The notes under the pieces were generated by a model, which was not told the DNA's origin, did not search any database, and saw only the letters and a program-made list of their open reading frames with translations. A program made the position numbers and the translations under genes. A stretch of 64,000 bases of DNA, from NCBI GenBank assembly GCA_965197905.1, contig CBDAOB010000002.1, positions 288,001-352,000 of the forward strand. The letters run 5' to 3'. Origin of the DNA: Candidatus Latescibacterota bacterium (lineage in GTDB: Bacteria; Latescibacterota; UBA2968; UBA8231). Positions 10,173 to 20,370 of the stretch are shown piece by piece; within the stretch, counting starts at the first letter, position 1, and each line of letters opens with the position of its first letter.

Positions 10173-11114
10173 GTGTTTTTGGGAATCGAGATCGGTGGCA
10201 CGAAGCTGCAGCTGGGAGTAGGGCGGGGAGACGGCGAGCTGTTGGCACTGGAGCGGTACGAGGTGGTGCCAGCGCAGGGTGCAACCGGGATCCTGCGCGA
10301 GATTGAGACCAGCGGCGCAGACTTGATTCAGCGCTTCGATATCCAGCGTGCAGGACTCGGCTTTGGTGGTCCCGTCGATCGGCAGACCGGTCATATAACC
10401 AAGAGTCATCAGATCAGCGGTTGGGATCAATTCCCTTTTGTCGAATGGGGTCGGCAGCACCTCGGAATCCCGGTTGTGCTGGGAAACGATTGCGACTCGG
10501 CGGCGCTGGCCGAGGCCCTGTTCGGCGCTGGAAAGGGGGCGTCACGGGTGTTTTACGTGACGGTTGGGACTGGCATAGGCGGAGGTTTTGTGGTTGACGG
10601 CAAAATTCAGGGCACGCAGCGGGCCGCCATCGCCGAAATTGGCCATCTTCGCCCCGGGCCGAAGCATCGCCGCCCAGAAGAGACGATCGAGGCCGTCGCC
10701 AGCGGCTCGGGAATCGTCGCACAGGCTAGACAACGGCTGGAAACCCTTTCCGGCGTCGACAAGGATTACGAGACGGACCTGTTAAGCCGCTGCGACGGCA
10801 ATAAGGACCGGTTGACCGCCAAGATCATTGCAAGGGCTGCCGAGGAGGGGAACGAAGTCGCTCGTCAGGTGTTAGCTCATGCCACCGAGACCCTCGGATG
10901 GGGGATTGCACAGGTGATTACGCTGTTGGCGCCCCAGGTGGTGGTAGTCGGCGGCGGAGTTTCGCTGATGCCCGAGTCGCTGTTCTTCGAGCCGCTCGAG
11001 CAAGCGGTGGCGGATTTTGTGTTTCCTCCTCTGGCGCAGTCCTACCGACTGGAACGGGCGATGCTGGGCGAGGAAGTCGTCGTCCACGGTGCCCTTGCCC
11101 TTTGCCGCGACTGA
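10173..11114 (+). CDS. ROK family sugar kinase
   Basis: GIEIGGTK, GND, VTVGTGIGGG, EIGH, VVVGGGV. No N-terminal HTH. Confidence 0.9.
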   Translation: MFLGIEIGGTKLQLGVGRGDGELLALERYEVVPAQGATGILREIETSGADLIQRFDIQRAGLGFGGPVDRQTGHITKSHQISGWDQFPFVEWGRQHLGIPVVLGNDCDSAALAEALFGAGKGASRVFYVTVGTGIGGGFVVDGKIQGTQRAAIAEIGHLRPGPKHRRPEETIEAVASGSGIVAQARQRLETLSGVDKDYETDLLSRCDGNKDRLTAKIIARAAEEGNEVARQVLAHATETLGWGIAQVITLLAPQVVVVGGGVSLMPESLFFEPLEQAVADFVFPPLAQSYRLERAMLGEEVVVHGALALCRD

Positions 11115-11157
11115 TGGTTGTATCCGCGGATCAATATGAGAACATCTGGAGGACGAT

Positions 11158-11997
11158 ATGGAACAGTTCAGTCTGACCCCACAGCAGACAAGCTTCTTCG
11201 ACACCTTCGGCTTCATACGCCTGCCCGGCCTAATGGCCGACTGCATCGGCGAGATAACGGATGCCTTCGAAGAGGTCTGGGAAGAGCGGGGAGGCGGGCA
11301 CAACGGCCAACCGCACGACGGGGAGAGCCGATCCTGTATTGTGCCGTTCATCGATCAGCACGAGCGGTTGTGCGCGTTACTCGACGATCCCAGAATCGAG
11401 GGATTGCTGAGCAGCCTTCTGGGCGATGACTTCAACTACACCGGATCCGACGGGAATTATTACGCCGGCGATACCAAGTGGCACTCGGACGGCTACGGGA
11501 ATGAGCTCCGCTTCGTGAAGATCGCCTTCTATCTCGACAAGCTGACGCGGGACAGTGGATGTCTCCGAGTTATTCCGGGCAGCCATCGGCGGGGGGAAGG
11601 GTACGCGGAGGCATTGGAAACGGAAGCACGCGCCTCGGAAGAGCATTGGGGACTTACGGGGTCAGAGGTGCCTGCCGCCGCGATCGAAACCACACCCGGC
11701 GACATACTGGCTTTTCAGCACAACCTCAAACACGCCGCCTTTGGCGGCGGCGGCTGGCGCCGAATGTTCACCATCAATTGCAGCGTTCGATTCAAACCAG
11801 ACCAGATCCCGATACTGCGAAAATATATGGGGCATTTGGCCCGGTTTTGGGTAGACCGGGCGTACGGCGAGAAGATGATCGCCACCGCCACCGAGCAGCG
11901 CATGGTCCACTTGGAACAGGTGATGGCCAACGACGACCACATCGCCGCGCTGAGCGCCAAGGCGCGCGCGGAGATGCCCGAACCTTCCCGGGGATAG
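11158..11997 (+). CDS. PhyH-family Fe(II)/2-oxoglutarate dioxygenase
   Basis: FFDTFGF, WHSD (HxD), GCLRVIPGSH, distal His in LKHAA. Confidence 0.88.
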   Translation: MEQFSLTPQQTSFFDTFGFIRLPGLMADCIGEITDAFEEVWEERGGGHNGQPHDGESRSCIVPFIDQHERLCALLDDPRIEGLLSSLLGDDFNYTGSDGNYYAGDTKWHSDGYGNELRFVKIAFYLDKLTRDSGCLRVIPGSHRRGEGYAEALETEARASEEHWGLTGSEVPAAAIETTPGDILAFQHNLKHAAFGGGGWRRMFTINCSVRFKPDQIPILRKYMGHLARFWVDRAYGEKMIATATEQRMVHLEQVMANDDHIAALSAKARAEMPEPSRG

Positions 11998-12000
11998 GTA

Positions 12001-13437
12001 TCAGCGGTCGGCTTCTTCTCTCCACGTCAACGCCGAGATCTGACCCTGCCTCGCGTAATCCACCGCCTCGCCCAGAATTCTAGCCGCCTCCTGGGGGGCA
12101 TGGAACCCCATCGAGTTTTCAGCCGCGATAAAGTCCAATCGCCATTGCGCCCGGCGCTGGAGCTGCAAGCTTTTCGCCAGGTCCTGCTGGGACGCGCCGG
12201 CCTGTTTCGCCTGCGCGATGGCGTCAAGCTGATCCATCAAAGCCGCCCCGGCGCGCTGCAGCAGATCGAAATTCCGCTGCTGGATTCCGTCCACTCGCTC
12301 TCTCAACTCTTCCTCCGAGAAGTGATGGCAGGTTTGACAGGCTCGATTGACGTTGAGCAGCGGACTGCGCGCCCAGTGGTCTGAAACCTTGCTGGCCCCA
12401 TCGCGCATGTAAGGCATATGACAATCGGCGCACGCCACGCCGCTGCGTGCGTGAATACCCATGCTCCAGAGCTCGAACTCCGGGTGCTGTGCCTTCAGGA
12501 TCTTTGCCCCACTCTCCTTGTGTGTATAGTCGAAGAATTGCTGGCCGTCCGAAAACGTCGTCTCGTCCCAAAACCGCTCCAACTCCTCCGCCTTCAAGCC
12601 GTTTCCCCAAGGAAAGGTCAGCTTCATGTTGCTGGCGCAGTAATACTCCACATGACATTGGGCACATACGTAGGAGCGCATCTCGCTGCGAGAGGCGTCG
12701 GTGTTGGGATCGTAGGCGGCCGTCCTGGCGCTCTTTCGCCACCTCTCCACCGACGGTAGGTGAGGGGTCGCGGCGTCAGAAGCGGCGAGCGCCTGGATTC
12801 CCTGAATGAAACCGGGACGGGACACCCGCAGCCCCATGGTTTCGGGGGTATGGCAATCAACGCAGCTCACCGGATGCGCGTGCCCCGATTCGTGCAGCAT
12901 CCGGTTCAGCTCTTTATAGCTGTATTCATATGACTTCTCGAATCCTGCCGTGGCGTCACCGTCTCCAAGGCTGCGGTAGAGAGGCATGATCGAGGCGTGG
13001 CAGTGAAGGCACGATCCGGATTGAGGTTTAGATTGGCGCTCCGTCTGTTCCTGATCCTCGAGCATGTAAGCGTGACCACGCCGGTCTCTGTAGTCGATAG
13101 AGAACGCGTACCCACGGAACATGCGCTGCAGCCAGGGATCCCGCTCGATCTTCTGTTCGGGGAGGGCTTCACTTCCTCCGTGACCCCCGAAACGGGTCCG
13201 CGTCGCGATCGCCGTGCGGCGGTAGGATTCGAACTGCCGTGGCCAGTTCGCACCCCACAGTGCAGGATCGGTGGTATCCTCGGTTACCTCGACGGGCCGC
13301 ACATATGGATCTCTGGCTTCTGATTTTCGCTCGAAGATGTTGACGAGCAGTCCGGTAACCAGGGCGCTCGCAGCGGCGACGCCTACAACAATCGCGAGTA
13401 GGGTCGATCTCTTTGGACCGCTCGATGTGTTGTTCAT
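12001..13437 (-). CDS. nrfA: Ammonia-forming cytochrome c nitrite reductase catalytic subunit
   Basis: Five CXXCH motifs (CLHCH, CVDCH, CAQCH, CADCH, CQTCH), RGHx[27 protein letters not shown] at 13437 overlaps the nrfH stop (ATGA). Confidence 0.93.
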   Translation of the reverse strand: MNNTSSGPKRSTLLAIVVGVAAASALVTGLLVNIFERKSEARDPYVRPVEVTEDTTDPALWGANWPRQFESYRRTAIATRTRFGGHGGSEALPEQKIERDPWLQRMFRGYAFSIDYRDRRGHAYMLEDQEQTERQSKPQSGSCLHCHASIMPLYRSLGDGDATAGFEKSYEYSYKELNRMLHESGHAHPVSCVDCHTPETMGLRVSRPGFIQGIQALAASDAATPHLPSVERWRKSARTAAYDPNTDASRSEMRSYVCAQCHVEYYCASNMKLTFPWGNGLKAEELERFWDETTFSDGQQFFDYTHKESGAKILKAQHPEFELWSMGIHARSGVACADCHMPYMRDGASKVSDHWARSPLLNVNRACQTCHHFSEEELRERVDGIQQRNFDLLQRAGAALMDQLDAIAQAKQAGASQQDLAKSLQLQRRAQWRLDFIAAENSMGFHAPQEAARILGEAVDYARQGQISALTWREEADR

Positions 13438-13916
13438 CTCTCGTCCCCTGTTTCGTCCCAAAGGTTCTCCGGCCCACCCAATCCTACAGTCTCGCCGTGG
13501 CCGGCGGTTCGATGGCAGTGCACGCAACGGATCGAGCCGGCGTCGGCACTGTTTCCGATGGCGATTTCGTGAACCATATTGCGGTGACACCTGAGGCAGT
13601 TCGACTGCAGGATCTGGCCATTTTTGCGGGTGATCTTGATCGGCTCGTGGAAGTTCTGCAGCGTAAATGCCTTGGAATGATTCCAGCCGTTCTCTGCTTT
13701 AGAGAGGTACTTGCTAAAGAATCCCTGGGGCAGGTGGCAATCTACACATCCGGCAGCCGTATGGTGGCTCGCCTTTTGCCAGGAGTCGAACTGTGGTCTC
13801 ATGATGTGGCAGTTGGTACAGGCCGCGGGGTCGCTGCTGAAATAGGACAAACCCTCACCGTAGTACCCCGTGAAGCCGCCAACGCCAAGCAGGATTCCAA
13901 CCAGGATAGCTATCAA
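13434..13916 (-). CDS. nrfH: Cytochrome c nitrite reductase small subunit (tetraheme NapC/NirT family)
   Basis: N-terminal TM segment, CTNCHIM, CVDCH, CLRCH, CVHCH. Directly upstream of nrfA. TTG start is uncertain. Confidence 0.9.
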   Translation of the reverse strand: MIAILVGILLGVGGFTGYYGEGLSYFSSDPAACTNCHIMRPQFDSWQKASHHTAAGCVDCHLPQGFFSKYLSKAENGWNHSKAFTLQNFHEPIKITRKNGQILQSNCLRCHRNMVHEIAIGNSADAGSIRCVHCHRTAGHGETVGLGGPENLWDETGDER

Positions 13917-13953
13917 GGCCCCGCCGGTAGCTGCTCCGAAGTGGCGAGGTGTG

Positions 13954-14904
13954 TTACGGATAGGGACCCTCGATCTGGTCGATCAAACGCATGGTGTGGA
14001 TGACGTCTCGCAGATCGGTAATGGGTCGGTCGCCACTTTTTACGCACTCCAGAAAATGTTCGTGCATGGTTAGGGTGCCGTCGTAGCGGCGCACATCCTT
14101 CTCGTCGACACCGTCGACTTCCCAGCCGCCCATTACAGTACTCACGTCGTCTTCGACGATTTCGATCTCTTCGGGAATCTTGGTGTAACAGCCGATACCT
14201 GTACCGTGCAGTTCGGATCGGATCACCCGGCCCCCCGAAGCGCGGTTCCCGAAGACGACCCCGGTAGCGCCGTTGTCGAACCGAATCAACGAGGTGTAGC
14301 AGTTGCGACTTTCGCTGCCAAACGAGTCGCGGTAGGCAGTCACCTCGGTCGGCTCACCGCCGGCCAGGTAACGGAGCAAGTCGACTACGTGGACCACATC
14401 GTTCCACAAGGTAGTGGTGCGCTCGGTGCCGTCGCCGCCGAGCATCTGCTTGTTGAAGGTGGTGCTGGCCATCGACGTCGGCCCTTTTTCGGCGACGCGG
14501 CGCATTGCCTCCTGGGTGACCGAGGCGTAGCGGCGCTGCAACCCCACACAACAGTGCACGTCATTGCCGATGGCCGCGTCGAGCATCTGCTGGGCTTCGG
14601 CGGTAGTGGCAGCGGGCGGTTTTTCGATGAACAGGTGTTTGCCGGCATTCAAGCAGTCGAGCGCCGGCTGCAATAGGACCCACTCGCGCATGATGCAGTA
14701 GACCATATCCAGGTCGACCGTTGCGAGCATCTCGCGGTGGTCGGTGAAGGTTTTTTCGATGCCGTATTGGTCGACGACGACCTTCATCCGCTCTTCATCC
14801 AGCTCACACACGGAGACGATCTCGACGTCGTCGATGGCGTCCAGGGCCGGGTAATGGGCGCCACGGGCGCGGCCACCGGCCCCGATAAATCCTGCCTTGA
14901 GCAT
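13954..14904 (-). CDS. Gfo/Idh/MocA family oxidoreductase (copy 1)
   Basis: [15 protein letters not shown], HxVD. Confidence 0.9.
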   Translation of the reverse strand: MLKAGFIGAGGRARGAHYPALDAIDDVEIVSVCELDEERMKVVVDQYGIEKTFTDHREMLATVDLDMVYCIMREWVLLQPALDCLNAGKHLFIEKPPAATTAEAQQMLDAAIGNDVHCCVGLQRRYASVTQEAMRRVAEKGPTSMASTTFNKQMLGGDGTERTTTLWNDVVHVVDLLRYLAGGEPTEVTAYRDSFGSESRNCYTSLIRFDNGATGVVFGNRASGGRVIRSELHGTGIGCYTKIPEEIEIVEDDVSTVMGGWEVDGVDEKDVRRYDGTLTMHEHFLECVKSGDRPITDLRDVIHTMRLIDQIEGPYP

Positions 14905-15000
14905 GTGAATATCCTTTCGTGGGGTTGCGTTCAGGCTGTAAGAACGGCATCCTCGAGCCTCAAGGCAACGTTGTGTTTAACATGTCGACAGGAGAGAACC

Positions 15001-16002
15001 ATGGAAATTGCTCTTTGGGGTCGGGGGGGAGACGAGTCCTATCTGCGTTATGTGAGCCAGCTAGGCGCCAAGGGTGTCATTCACTGGGGCCTGTTGCCCA
15101 GGCCCGGCGAAGAGGTGCTCAACTACTTGGATCTGGTGCAACTGCGCGAGCTCTATGAGAATGCCGGATTGAAGCTCGTATCGATCGAAAACCTGGGCGA
15201 CCAGCCCCGTTTCTACGATTCGATCATCCTGGGAAAGCCCGATCGCGACCAGCACATAGAGCACATCGCCGACTCCATTCGCATCCTGGGACGCGCCGGC
15301 GTTCCATTCTTCGGCTACCACTGGATGACCGCTCCCACCGTCGAGGGAACAAATCCGGTGTTCAACACCTCCAGCACTACCCGCTGGCGCGGCGGTTCGT
15401 TAGTGCGTGCCTTCGACATGGCGAAAGCGGATAAATCACCCCTGTTCCGCGACAGGGAGTACAGCGAGGAAGAGATGTGGGACAACTTAGCCTACTTTCT
15501 GCGTGCGATCGTGCCGGTGGCCGAAGAGTCCGGGGTCACCATTTCGCTACACCCCCATGACCCTCCGGTAGATCGGTTCGGCGGGATCCCGCGGCTGTTT
15601 GTAAACCTCGACGCGTTCAAGCGGGCGATGGATATCGTCGACAGTCCCAATTCGGGTCTGACGTTCTGTCTTGGGAACTGGAGTCTCATGGGGCCCGGGG
15701 TCGCCGAAGAGGGTTTGCGTTATTTCGGCGAGCGAAAGCGGATATGCTACCTCCATTTTCAAGCCGTGCAGGGCACGCCCGAGAAATTCGTAGAGTGTTT
15801 CTTCGAGGAGGGTCAGCTCGACTTCCTCAACATCATGCGGATCCTCAAAGAGATGGATTTCTCCGGGTACATGATGCCCGCTCACGCACCGACATTCGAA
15901 GGGGAGCCGCATGGCGAAGGAGGGCGCGCCATGGCCTACAGCGTCGGTTATCTGCAGGCCTTGAGGAAGATCGTGAGGACGGAAAAGGGAGGCGGTCCAT
16001 GA
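15001..16002 (+). CDS. Mannonate dehydratase (UxuA) family protein
   Basis: ATG at 15001 after GGAG. EEMWDNLAYFLRAIVPVAEE, LHPHDPP, NSGLTFCLG. Substrate not assignable. Confidence 0.85.
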   Translation: MEIALWGRGGDESYLRYVSQLGAKGVIHWGLLPRPGEEVLNYLDLVQLRELYENAGLKLVSIENLGDQPRFYDSIILGKPDRDQHIEHIADSIRILGRAGVPFFGYHWMTAPTVEGTNPVFNTSSTTRWRGGSLVRAFDMAKADKSPLFRDREYSEEEMWDNLAYFLRAIVPVAEESGVTISLHPHDPPVDRFGGIPRLFVNLDAFKRAMDIVDSPNSGLTFCLGNWSLMGPGVAEEGLRYFGERKRICYLHFQAVQGTPEKFVECFFEEGQLDFLNIMRILKEMDFSGYMMPAHAPTFEGEPHGEGGRAMAYSVGYLQALRKIVRTEKGGGP

Positions 16003-16125
16003 ATTGACGCTACGCGGGGAGACAAGGGGTTCCTCGTATGATCACATTGTTCGATGTCGGGTCGAAAGTGGCGTCGTCGGAAGGCGAACTGCCACTCGGC
16101 CAAATCGTAGTTGAGGAGGGATATC

Positions 16126-16538
16126 ATGCGTATCATCGGGCTTATCATAACCATCGCTCTGATTACAACTGGCATGGGAGACGTCACGGCCTTCATCGAC
16201 ATACCTTCGTTGTTGATCGTGTTGGGGGGAACCCTGGGCATGCTGATATTCGGCTGCAGCAGCATCCCCAACATGGTCAGCGCAGTGCTCTCTGGTGACG
16301 CAACCAATGAGCAACTGACGGCAGCGGCCAAGGGCTGGAGGATGGCGCGTTCCTACACCCTGGCGTTCGGAGTGATCGGGACGCTTATAGGTGGGGTGAT
16401 CATGCTGAAGAACATGGATGACCCCGCTGCCATAGGACCGGAATAGCGCTCGCCATCTTGACCATTTTGTATTCGCTCTTGTTATCCTTCGCCGTCTACC
16501 TGCCGTTGCAATCTCGTTTAGAGGATAGAATCCAGTAG
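16126..16538 (+). pseudogene. Short MotA/TolQ/ExbB-family membrane protein, frameshifted (or sequencing error) at about 16441
   Basis: RBS GAGGAGG. FIDIPSLLIVLGGT and GVIGTLIG…MDDPAAIGP. Adding one G restores GIALAILTILYSLLLSFAVYLPLQSRLEDRIQ* ending at 16538. Confidence 0.8.
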
Positions 16539-16648
16539 GCTCCCACGCAGGTCCTAGCATACCCCGCGCACTTCGCGGGCCGTATGGCGAGCCATCAGGC
16601 AGGAAAACAGAGATAACCACCCCCGCTACACCGCGGGTTGCGCTCCAT

Positions 16649-17599
16649 TCAGGGTAGAGGACCTTCGATCTGGTCGATCAGGCGCATGGTGTGAATGACA
16701 TCGCGTAGATCGCTAGCCGGTAGGTTGCCGCTTTTGATGCAGTCCAGAAAATGCTCGTGCATGGTGAGGGTGCCGTCGTAACGGCGCGTGTCTTTCTCGT
16801 CGACTCCGTCGACTTCCCAGCCGCCTATGACGGTGCTCTGGTCGTCTTCGAGGATTTCGATCTCCCTGGCGATCTTCACGTAGCAGCCGATGCCCGTACC
16901 GTGTAGCTCGGCACGCAGCACGCGACCTCCCGAAGCCCGGTTTCCGAAGACGGCACCGGCAACGCCGTTGTCGAAACGGATCAACGAGGTGTAGCAGTTA
17001 CGGCTCTCACTGCCAAACGAGTCGCGATAGGCCGTCACCTCGGTCGGCTCGCCGCCAACCATATAACGCAACAGGTCGACCGCGTGGATGACGTCATTCC
17101 ACAAGGTGGTGGTGGGCTCGGTGCCATCGCCGCCGAGTATCTGTTTGTTGTAGGTGACGTTGGCCATCGAGGTGGGACCTTTGCCGGCGACGCGGCGCAT
17201 TGCCTCTCGGGTGACAGCGGAGTAGCGGCGCTGGACGCCGACGATGCAGTAGACGTCGTTGGCGACCGCGGCGTCGAGGATCTGCTGGGCTTCGGCCGTA
17301 GTGGCACCGGGAGGTTTTTCGATAAACAGGTGTTTGCCGGCGTTGAGACAATCGAGTGCTGGTTGCAGCAGAGATTTCTCGTGAGTGATGCAGTAGACCA
17401 GGTCGAGGTCGACGGTGGCCAGCATTTCGCGGTGATCGGTGAAGGATTGTTCGATGCCGTACTCGTCAACCACTGCCTGCATGCGCTCTTCATCGAGCTC
17501 ACACACCGCAACCAGGTCAGCGTCGTCGATTCGGGCAAGGGCCGGGTAATGGGCGTCACAGGCGCGGAGGCCGGCCCCGATGAAACCCGCTCTTAGCAT
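16649..17599 (-). CDS. Gfo/Idh/MocA family oxidoreductase (copy 2)
   Basis: 316 aa, same length as and closely similar to 13954-14904. Confidence 0.9.
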   Translation of the reverse strand: MLRAGFIGAGLRACDAHYPALARIDDADLVAVCELDEERMQAVVDEYGIEQSFTDHREMLATVDLDLVYCITHEKSLLQPALDCLNAGKHLFIEKPPGATTAEAQQILDAAVANDVYCIVGVQRRYSAVTREAMRRVAGKGPTSMANVTYNKQILGGDGTEPTTTLWNDVIHAVDLLRYMVGGEPTEVTAYRDSFGSESRNCYTSLIRFDNGVAGAVFGNRASGGRVLRAELHGTGIGCYVKIAREIEILEDDQSTVIGGWEVDGVDEKDTRRYDGTLTMHEHFLDCIKSGNLPASDLRDVIHTMRLIDQIEGPLP

Positions 17600-17874
17600 C
17601 TGAATATCCTTCCTTCGGGGTTGCTTTCAGGCTGCAAGAACGGCATCCTCGAGGCTGACGGCAACATCGTGCGAGATTCCGTCAGATGAATCGCGGCTAC
17701 GAAATTCGGTGTGCCATCGGCATCCGTCCAGGTCCTCCTCGCTTTACCAGCATTCGTATTAGAGCGAGCTTGATGTTCTCAGGAGCGCCTCCCGAGCTGA
17801 GAGATTCGGTCTGGACGATCTCAACGATCCGGATCTTCTATCCATTCTTTCTCAGCCAACTGTGCTTAGGCTAA

Positions 17875-19329
17875 ATGGACGCTTCCTACAACTCAGAATG
17901 TCCACCACCGGGAACCACGTGGGGAGTCAACGGACTGACTGGTATCTGGCATGCAGTCAATCTTCCTCCTGACGAGCACCTTCTTTCTCGTGCCTGGCGA
18001 CTGGACACGGCCAGGCCACTCTTCGATCTTGACACCAACGCCGGCGAACTCGCTGCGTTGATCGAAAGCCTGCGCAAAAAATGCGCAGAGAAAACGCTTC
18101 TTGATGACCGTTCGCGTGGCGCTGCCATGAGCGCCTGGGTGAGCGCCCTTCTGGCGCTTTCTCCGAACGTTTCGCACGTGCTGACGGTCCTTGAGTCTAC
18201 CGGGCACCTTCGCACCTCTGCGGACGAGCTGAGAGATAAACTGTACGCGATGTTGAGGTCTTCCGTCAGCGCAGACTCGGCTGACCCAACGCGGACCGTT
18301 TTCGAATGGCTGAAAGAAACATGCGACTATTCGTGGACACCGACTCCGAACAGCATCCTTGAATCTCTGACCGAAGGGCGGGAAACGATTCACGACGTCT
18401 TCCTCGGCCGCCTCAACCCCGGGGAGGCTCCCGACTTGAGAATTCTGGGGCACTCTCTCGCAGATACCCCGAGAGAGGCCGTCGCCAGATTAGCTGGCGC
18501 ACGAACCATAGCGTGGTCGAAAGCGGGTTGCATACATCTCGTTTTCGATATCATACCGTTCCTTCAGGATCTTGAGCTTGAAACGGACCTCGAGAAGCGA
18601 AGGATAAGCCTTCTTGAGATCCTGCTGGCTCAGCAGCTACTGGACCTGATTCTTGTCGAGACCACGGATCTGCCTCGACAGATCCGCCAAACTGTTGTTG
18701 AAACGCTGATAAAAAGTTTAGGCGGTGGCCGCCTGCAAGGAGCGGCCACTGCGTTTTTTGCACGCTGGGAAGGAGAAAGTGACTCGACTATTCAGCAGCA
18801 TCCGAAAACGTCAACTGCGCATGAAACTGGCAACCTTTGGGAGGGTACCCTTCGTCACATAGTGAACGCGCCCAAAGCCGCTGGTAGCAGAGAACCCACA
18901 AGCGATCGTCGCGCGGCTCGCGCCGCACTGCCGAAGCAACCGAAAGTTAGTCCCAGAGTGGCGCGCAAGACGGTCCTCGTGGTGGACGATGCGCGCCTGG
19001 TTCGCCGGCAGGTGACCCAATCGGTCGCGAATTTGGGACACGACTATTTCGAAGCTGCCAATGGCCACGAAGCGCTGAAGATCGCGCTGCAAAGAAAACC
19101 CGATCTAATCATTCTTGACCTGTATATGGAGGAGATGAACGGCTTCGAGATGTTGCGGGAATTGCGGGACAACCCGCTGCTCAAAGAAACCCTCGTCCTG
19201 GTGCTTACAGTGACCGGCAATCCAATGGATATCCAAGAAGCGCAGAGCCACGGAATCGTCGACTACCTTGTGAAACCGATCGACTCCGCCAGGCTTAGCA
19301 AGAAAATCGCCGGATTTCTGGGACAGTGA
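17875..19329 (+). CDS. Protein with unknown N-terminal region and C-terminal receiver (REC) domain
   Basis: VLVVDD…PDLIILDLYMEEMNG…DYLVKP in the last ~120 aa. Start uncertain. Confidence 0.75.
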   Translation: MDASYNSECPPPGTTWGVNGLTGIWHAVNLPPDEHLLSRAWRLDTARPLFDLDTNAGELAALIESLRKKCAEKTLLDDRSRGAAMSAWVSALLALSPNVSHVLTVLESTGHLRTSADELRDKLYAMLRSSVSADSADPTRTVFEWLKETCDYSWTPTPNSILESLTEGRETIHDVFLGRLNPGEAPDLRILGHSLADTPREAVARLAGARTIAWSKAGCIHLVFDIIPFLQDLELETDLEKRRISLLEILLAQQLLDLILVETTDLPRQIRQTVVETLIKSLGGGRLQGAATAFFARWEGESDSTIQQHPKTSTAHETGNLWEGTLRHIVNAPKAAGSREPTSDRRAARAALPKQPKVSPRVARKTVLVVDDARLVRRQVTQSVANLGHDYFEAANGHEALKIALQRKPDLIILDLYMEEMNGFEMLRELRDNPLLKETLVLVLTVTGNPMDIQEAQSHGIVDYLVKPIDSARLSKKIAGFLGQ

Positions 19330-19475
19330 AGTGAAATATCTTCTATCGGCGATCACCACTTCGACACTACATCAACCCTCGGACGAGAACGTCCGGAGGG
19401 TCAGTCGCCGGGATGCCCTCGATGAAGCTCGAGCATAGTCGAAGGGTCTCTCAACCGAGGCCCGTCAGCCGGGAA

Positions 19476-20261
19476 TCAGTCATTCATCTCAGCCTGCATA
19501 ATAGGCTTTAGTCGCTCCAGTTCGCCGCGCAGGGCGGTGTACACCGACTCGGCGTCTTCCAACGATTCCGACGACTCTCCTAGCTTTTGCAGCTCCAAAA
19601 CGGATGCCAGGGCGTTGCTCAAGCTCAAGGTGCTCACCACACCTTTGAATCCGTGGGCCGCTCTTCTCAGTGCCTCGGGATCTCCGTCGTCCAATGCCGC
19701 GCGTATCTGCCTCAGGTACTTCGGACAATCTTCGAAGAAAATCCCCACCAGTTCGCTCAGGAGGACCTCATTTCCGTTCAGCCGGCTCAGTACCTGCTGG
19801 CGTCCGAATCCGTCAACTTCATCCGCGGCCGGTGTTGGTATATTCACCGTTTCGCCTACGTTGCCCTCAATCAACTGCGCCAACGTCGCGAATAGCAGAT
19901 CGCGCTTGATCGGTTTCGGCACGTAAGCGTCCATTCCCGCTTCCAAGCAGCGCTCCTTGTCTCCCTGCTTGGAACGGGCCGTAAGGCCGACAATCGGAAT
20001 GTGTTCCTGCGTACCCTGCTCGCGCACCCGTATGCTCTGGGTGGCCTCGAATCCGTTCATCTCTGGCATCTCCACATCCATGAGCACGACGTCGAAGCTA
20101 CCTTTTTCCACAAGCTCAAGTCCGTCGCTCCCGTTGCTGGCAACCGTGACCTCGTGACCTTCCTGTTCCAGGATTCCCGCTACCAGCATCTGATTGAAGC
20201 TGTTGTCTTCAACCAGCAGAACCCTCCATGTGGTTGTCACGGATTCTGCGCCTAACGACAA
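19476..20261 (-). CDS. REC + HPt phosphorelay protein
   Basis: VLLVEDN…VLMDVEMPEMNG…YVPKP followed by LRRAAHGFKG HPt motif. Start may be GTG at 20240. Confidence 0.85.
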   Translation of the reverse strand: MSLGAESVTTTWRVLLVEDNSFNQMLVAGILEQEGHEVTVASNGSDGLELVEKGSFDVVLMDVEMPEMNGFEATQSIRVREQGTQEHIPIVGLTARSKQGDKERCLEAGMDAYVPKPIKRDLLFATLAQLIEGNVGETVNIPTPAADEVDGFGRQQVLSRLNGNEVLLSELVGIFFEDCPKYLRQIRAALDDGDPEALRRAAHGFKGVVSTLSLSNALASVLELQKLGESSESLEDAESVYTALRGELERLKPIMQAEMND

Positions 20262-20370
20262 TGCTGCCGATGAGGTGTAAGCTGCACCATGTGCATCGGA
20301 TCTATCCGCTCTTCAAAACAGGGGTAAGTGGAAAGGTGGTGCCGCCGTATTGCCTCGTCTTCGAGCGACG

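Noticed and set aside
13438..13590. N-terminal extension of NrfA in the ORF track
   Set aside because: Overlaps nrfH. ATG at 13437 with ATGA coupling is the better start.
14737..15000. N-terminal extension of the UxuA-like ORF
   Set aside because: Overlaps the divergent Gfo gene. The RBS supports ATG at 15001.
16430..16450. Programmed frameshift in the MotA-like gene
   Set aside because: No slippery heptamer or stimulatory structure seen. A one-base loss is simpler.
16555..16645. Two short CCCGC…GCGGG hairpins as REP-like elements or a terminator
   Set aside because: Short stems, no U-tract, no further copies noticed.
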